DNA of 64,000 nt from Lytechinus pictus (lineage: Eukaryota): assembly GCF_037042905.1 (NCBI RefSeq), contig NC_087245.1:13268001-13332000 (forward strand), given 5' to 3'. A program made the translations under genes and the position numbers. Position 1 is the stretch's first letter; every line of letters begins with the position of its first letter. This document shows, in pieces, positions 62,101 to 64,000 of this stretch. Below the pieces are notes generated by a model. That model was not told the DNA's origin, did no database searches, and saw only the letters and a list, made by a program, of their open reading frames with translations.

Positions 62101-64000
62101 AAGAGCCAATGATGACACACACTTTTATAGTATTCCTTTTTTAATATCATATTTATTTCATTTTATCTATTTTCTGTATATCACTATTTAGTAAAACTTT
62201 TTGAAATTTCATTAATTTCTTACTTTACATTAGATCTGCAGTGTTACATTTTTATCTATTGTGTTTGCTAATCAAATGATCTTCTTGGGGTGGGTCTGGC
62301 CCTCAAATGTTTACATGAGAAAATTTTCATGTACACGTACCTCAATGAACTATTCACTGTAAGCAAAGAGCGAAATAATCAAGATTACAAAAAAATATAA
62401 GCAGGAGATACTCACGTTCCACCGCAGAGCTCTAGTGATGTCTCCATACCAAGCGCATTCATGTCCCCATTCAATCGACCATCATGATGACTAATACTGA
62501 CCACTGTGACAGGATCAGGGTATGTCTCACCAGTCATTGTCCGAAGACCCTCTATACAAAGGGCTTTCTGAAGAGGGATAGACTCACGATGGACAGGTAG
62601 GGATTCAGAGATGAGGTTGTTGGCAATGCTGGATATCTGTTGTAGCTTTCTGTCTGAGATTGATTTCTATATTCAAACACAATGTACAAATAGAGGATTT
62701 CTGAAGGTTTGCACAGCAGAATGGTTTATAGTTCATTATATTGTTAGTCATGACAAAAGTAGTAGAAAATAATCAAGAGTTTTAAAGGTGTGGGGGCATC
62801 GTGGTCTGGTGGTTAAGACTTGTCTTTCAATATGAGGGACATGGGTTCTTTCCCAGCCATGGCATGTTTTTCTTCAGCATATTATTCATTTTTTATCTTG
62901 TTTCCATCAATGGGAGAAGTTGAACACACTTGAAGCAATCATGCTCATCCCTCCTTGTACATTGCCCAATTTCTATAAAAATTCTTTTTATTTTTCTTCT
63001 GTAATATAACTATAATCATGACATTTCCAGAGTTAATATTGCTTTACTTTACCCATGTTACTCTTTGTGAAATTCAAAAAGATATTCATAATCTAAGGGG
63101 TGTTGCAAGAAACTTATTTGCATATGTCTGGAAATATGCAATTGATAAATAAATTTTAACAATAACAAATTGATCCATACTTTCTGTTTCAACAAAACAC
63201 AGACCAGCAATCAATTGCAATTCATTGTAGAACTTATGATTGATTCTTGGGACCTAAAATTGATATGCATGTTGACACCTCCTCTATATTTCATGATTAC
63301 CTCAGCATTGAAATCAAATCTGAACCTGTCTGGCGCCACCATTGACCCCTTCTGTTCAACATGACCCAGGACCTGTCGAAGGGCAAAGTTCAAGATGTGG
63401 GTCGCTGTGTGGTTCCTCATCAGTTTCTCTCTTCTATCCTATACATGGATAAAGAGCATGTTTACTGCGGAAATGATAGCATGTTTTAAAATATTAAGAC
63501 AAGTTCTGATCGAGAGGTTGAATTGAAGAAACTGTTTTAAAGTGGTTGGGAAATGCTGATTATATTTCACCTAATCAATAAGTATATGCTGTAAGAATAT
63601 GAGTCATCAAAATGATAAGATATTAATGCTAGTTAGCCGAGATACACATAAATGATTTAAACATATTTGAAGAATAATTCTTTGAATTTAAGAGACCTTT
63701 TTATCATAATATCCTTTCTAATAATTAAAGACAATCTGACAAGTTATATCTATGACCTCACTCCATGTAAGACTCAACTGCAACTTTCTCAATTCCTTGT
63801 TGTTTTGTCCATGAAGAAGTTTGAAGATTAGAACTGAAAAGATTCTCAGGGAGATTACTGCTGCAAGTATGAAAGGAACTTCTTGTAAAGTCTGGATGCA
63901 AACCCAGATTTTTCTTCAGAGAATAAACTCCTTCCCTCCAGGAACTTTTTTACTTTCTCGATGTATCATGATCCACTCACTCACCTCATTTACATATAAT
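50122..64000 (-). CDS. AARS2: Alanine--tRNA ligase, 3' part (editing and C-Ala domains), probably the mitochondrial enzyme
   Basis: Exons >64000-63985, 63438-63301, 62666-62416, 61631-61469, 61036-60842, 59853-59764, 51428-51321 and 50304-50122 (stop). Motifs RNHTATH, QKGS, RFDF, ETYPDPV.VVSI, ELCGGTH, KGVRRL. The AARS2 call is inferred from divergence relative to cytosolic AlaRS. Confidence 0.88.
52857..53284. mobile_element. Nested MITE with TAGCCA termini
   Basis: TAGCCA(T/G)GAGGCTCC ends. Internal inverted blocks GATTTCTACTTTCC...CCTAAATCATGT.AATGGGATA.ACAACTTCAT. Confidence 0.65.
54515..55274 (+). pseudogene. SGNH-hydrolase fragment joined to a transposase-type C-terminus with a CXC (TCR-like) Cys9 domain and acidic tail
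   Basis: [23 protein letters not shown]...AKII across a stop and a frameshift. Then VW...YP..ELYGF...WDTDE...CxCx4Cx4CxCx6Cx3CxCx2C and a D/E-rich tail. Confidence 0.72.
55746..56722. repeat. Tandem duplication, ~486-bp unit
   Basis: TCTTGCAGGTCAATCATTTTGG...GTGGCAGTTT starts at 55746 and again at 56232. Confidence 0.88.
59277..59549. mobile_element. MITE with ~43-bp imperfect TIRs
   Basis: TGGATTCTCAATACGGTGCACCAACTATCAGTTGTAGCAGACA matches the reverse complement of 59507-59549. Confidence 0.62.
60193..60560. mobile_element. Two adjacent Harbinger-like MITEs
   Basis: GGGGGTGTTTCACA.AGATTTA / TAAATCTGTGTGAAACAACCCCC, followed by a copy of the 11481-11637 family. Confidence 0.55.
62793..62880 (+). 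mobile_element. Degenerate tRNA-derived SINE head
   Basis: GGGGCATCGTGGTCTGGTGGTTAAGAC (A box)...GGGTTCTTTCCCAGCCATGGC (decayed B box). Confidence 0.45.

Overview
AT-rich, intron-rich animal genomic DNA from a draft assembly with two N gaps. The repeat types suggest a sea urchin or similar echinoderm; this is inference only. Contents from left to right: (1) a decayed DIRS/PAT-like tyrosine-recombinase retrotransposon (gag, RT/RNaseH, methyltransferase-like domain, YR) inside intron 7 of (2) a paraoxonase/arylesterase-family gene on the minus strand, of which exons 1-7 are in the window. This gene is head-to-head, 212 bp ATG-to-ATG, with (3) a complete 10-exon DNAJB11/ERdj3 gene. (4) A pseudogenised type-I membrane receptor with 7 single-exon CUB-like domains. 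(5) The 3' part of an alanyl-tRNA synthetase gene (probably AARS2), with an 8.3-kb intron containing a ~6.6-7.3-kb Academ-like DNA element. That element's coding remnant joins an SGNH-hydrolase domain to a 9-Cys CXC domain. Introns are packed with MITEs, Helentron-like satellite-bearing elements, foldback elements and SINEs. The most notable items are the SGNH+CXC element, the remodelled paraoxonase active site and its pairing with an ER co-chaperone, and the dead 7-CUB receptor. Exon structures were read by hand from GT-AG sites and frame continuity; no database searches were run.
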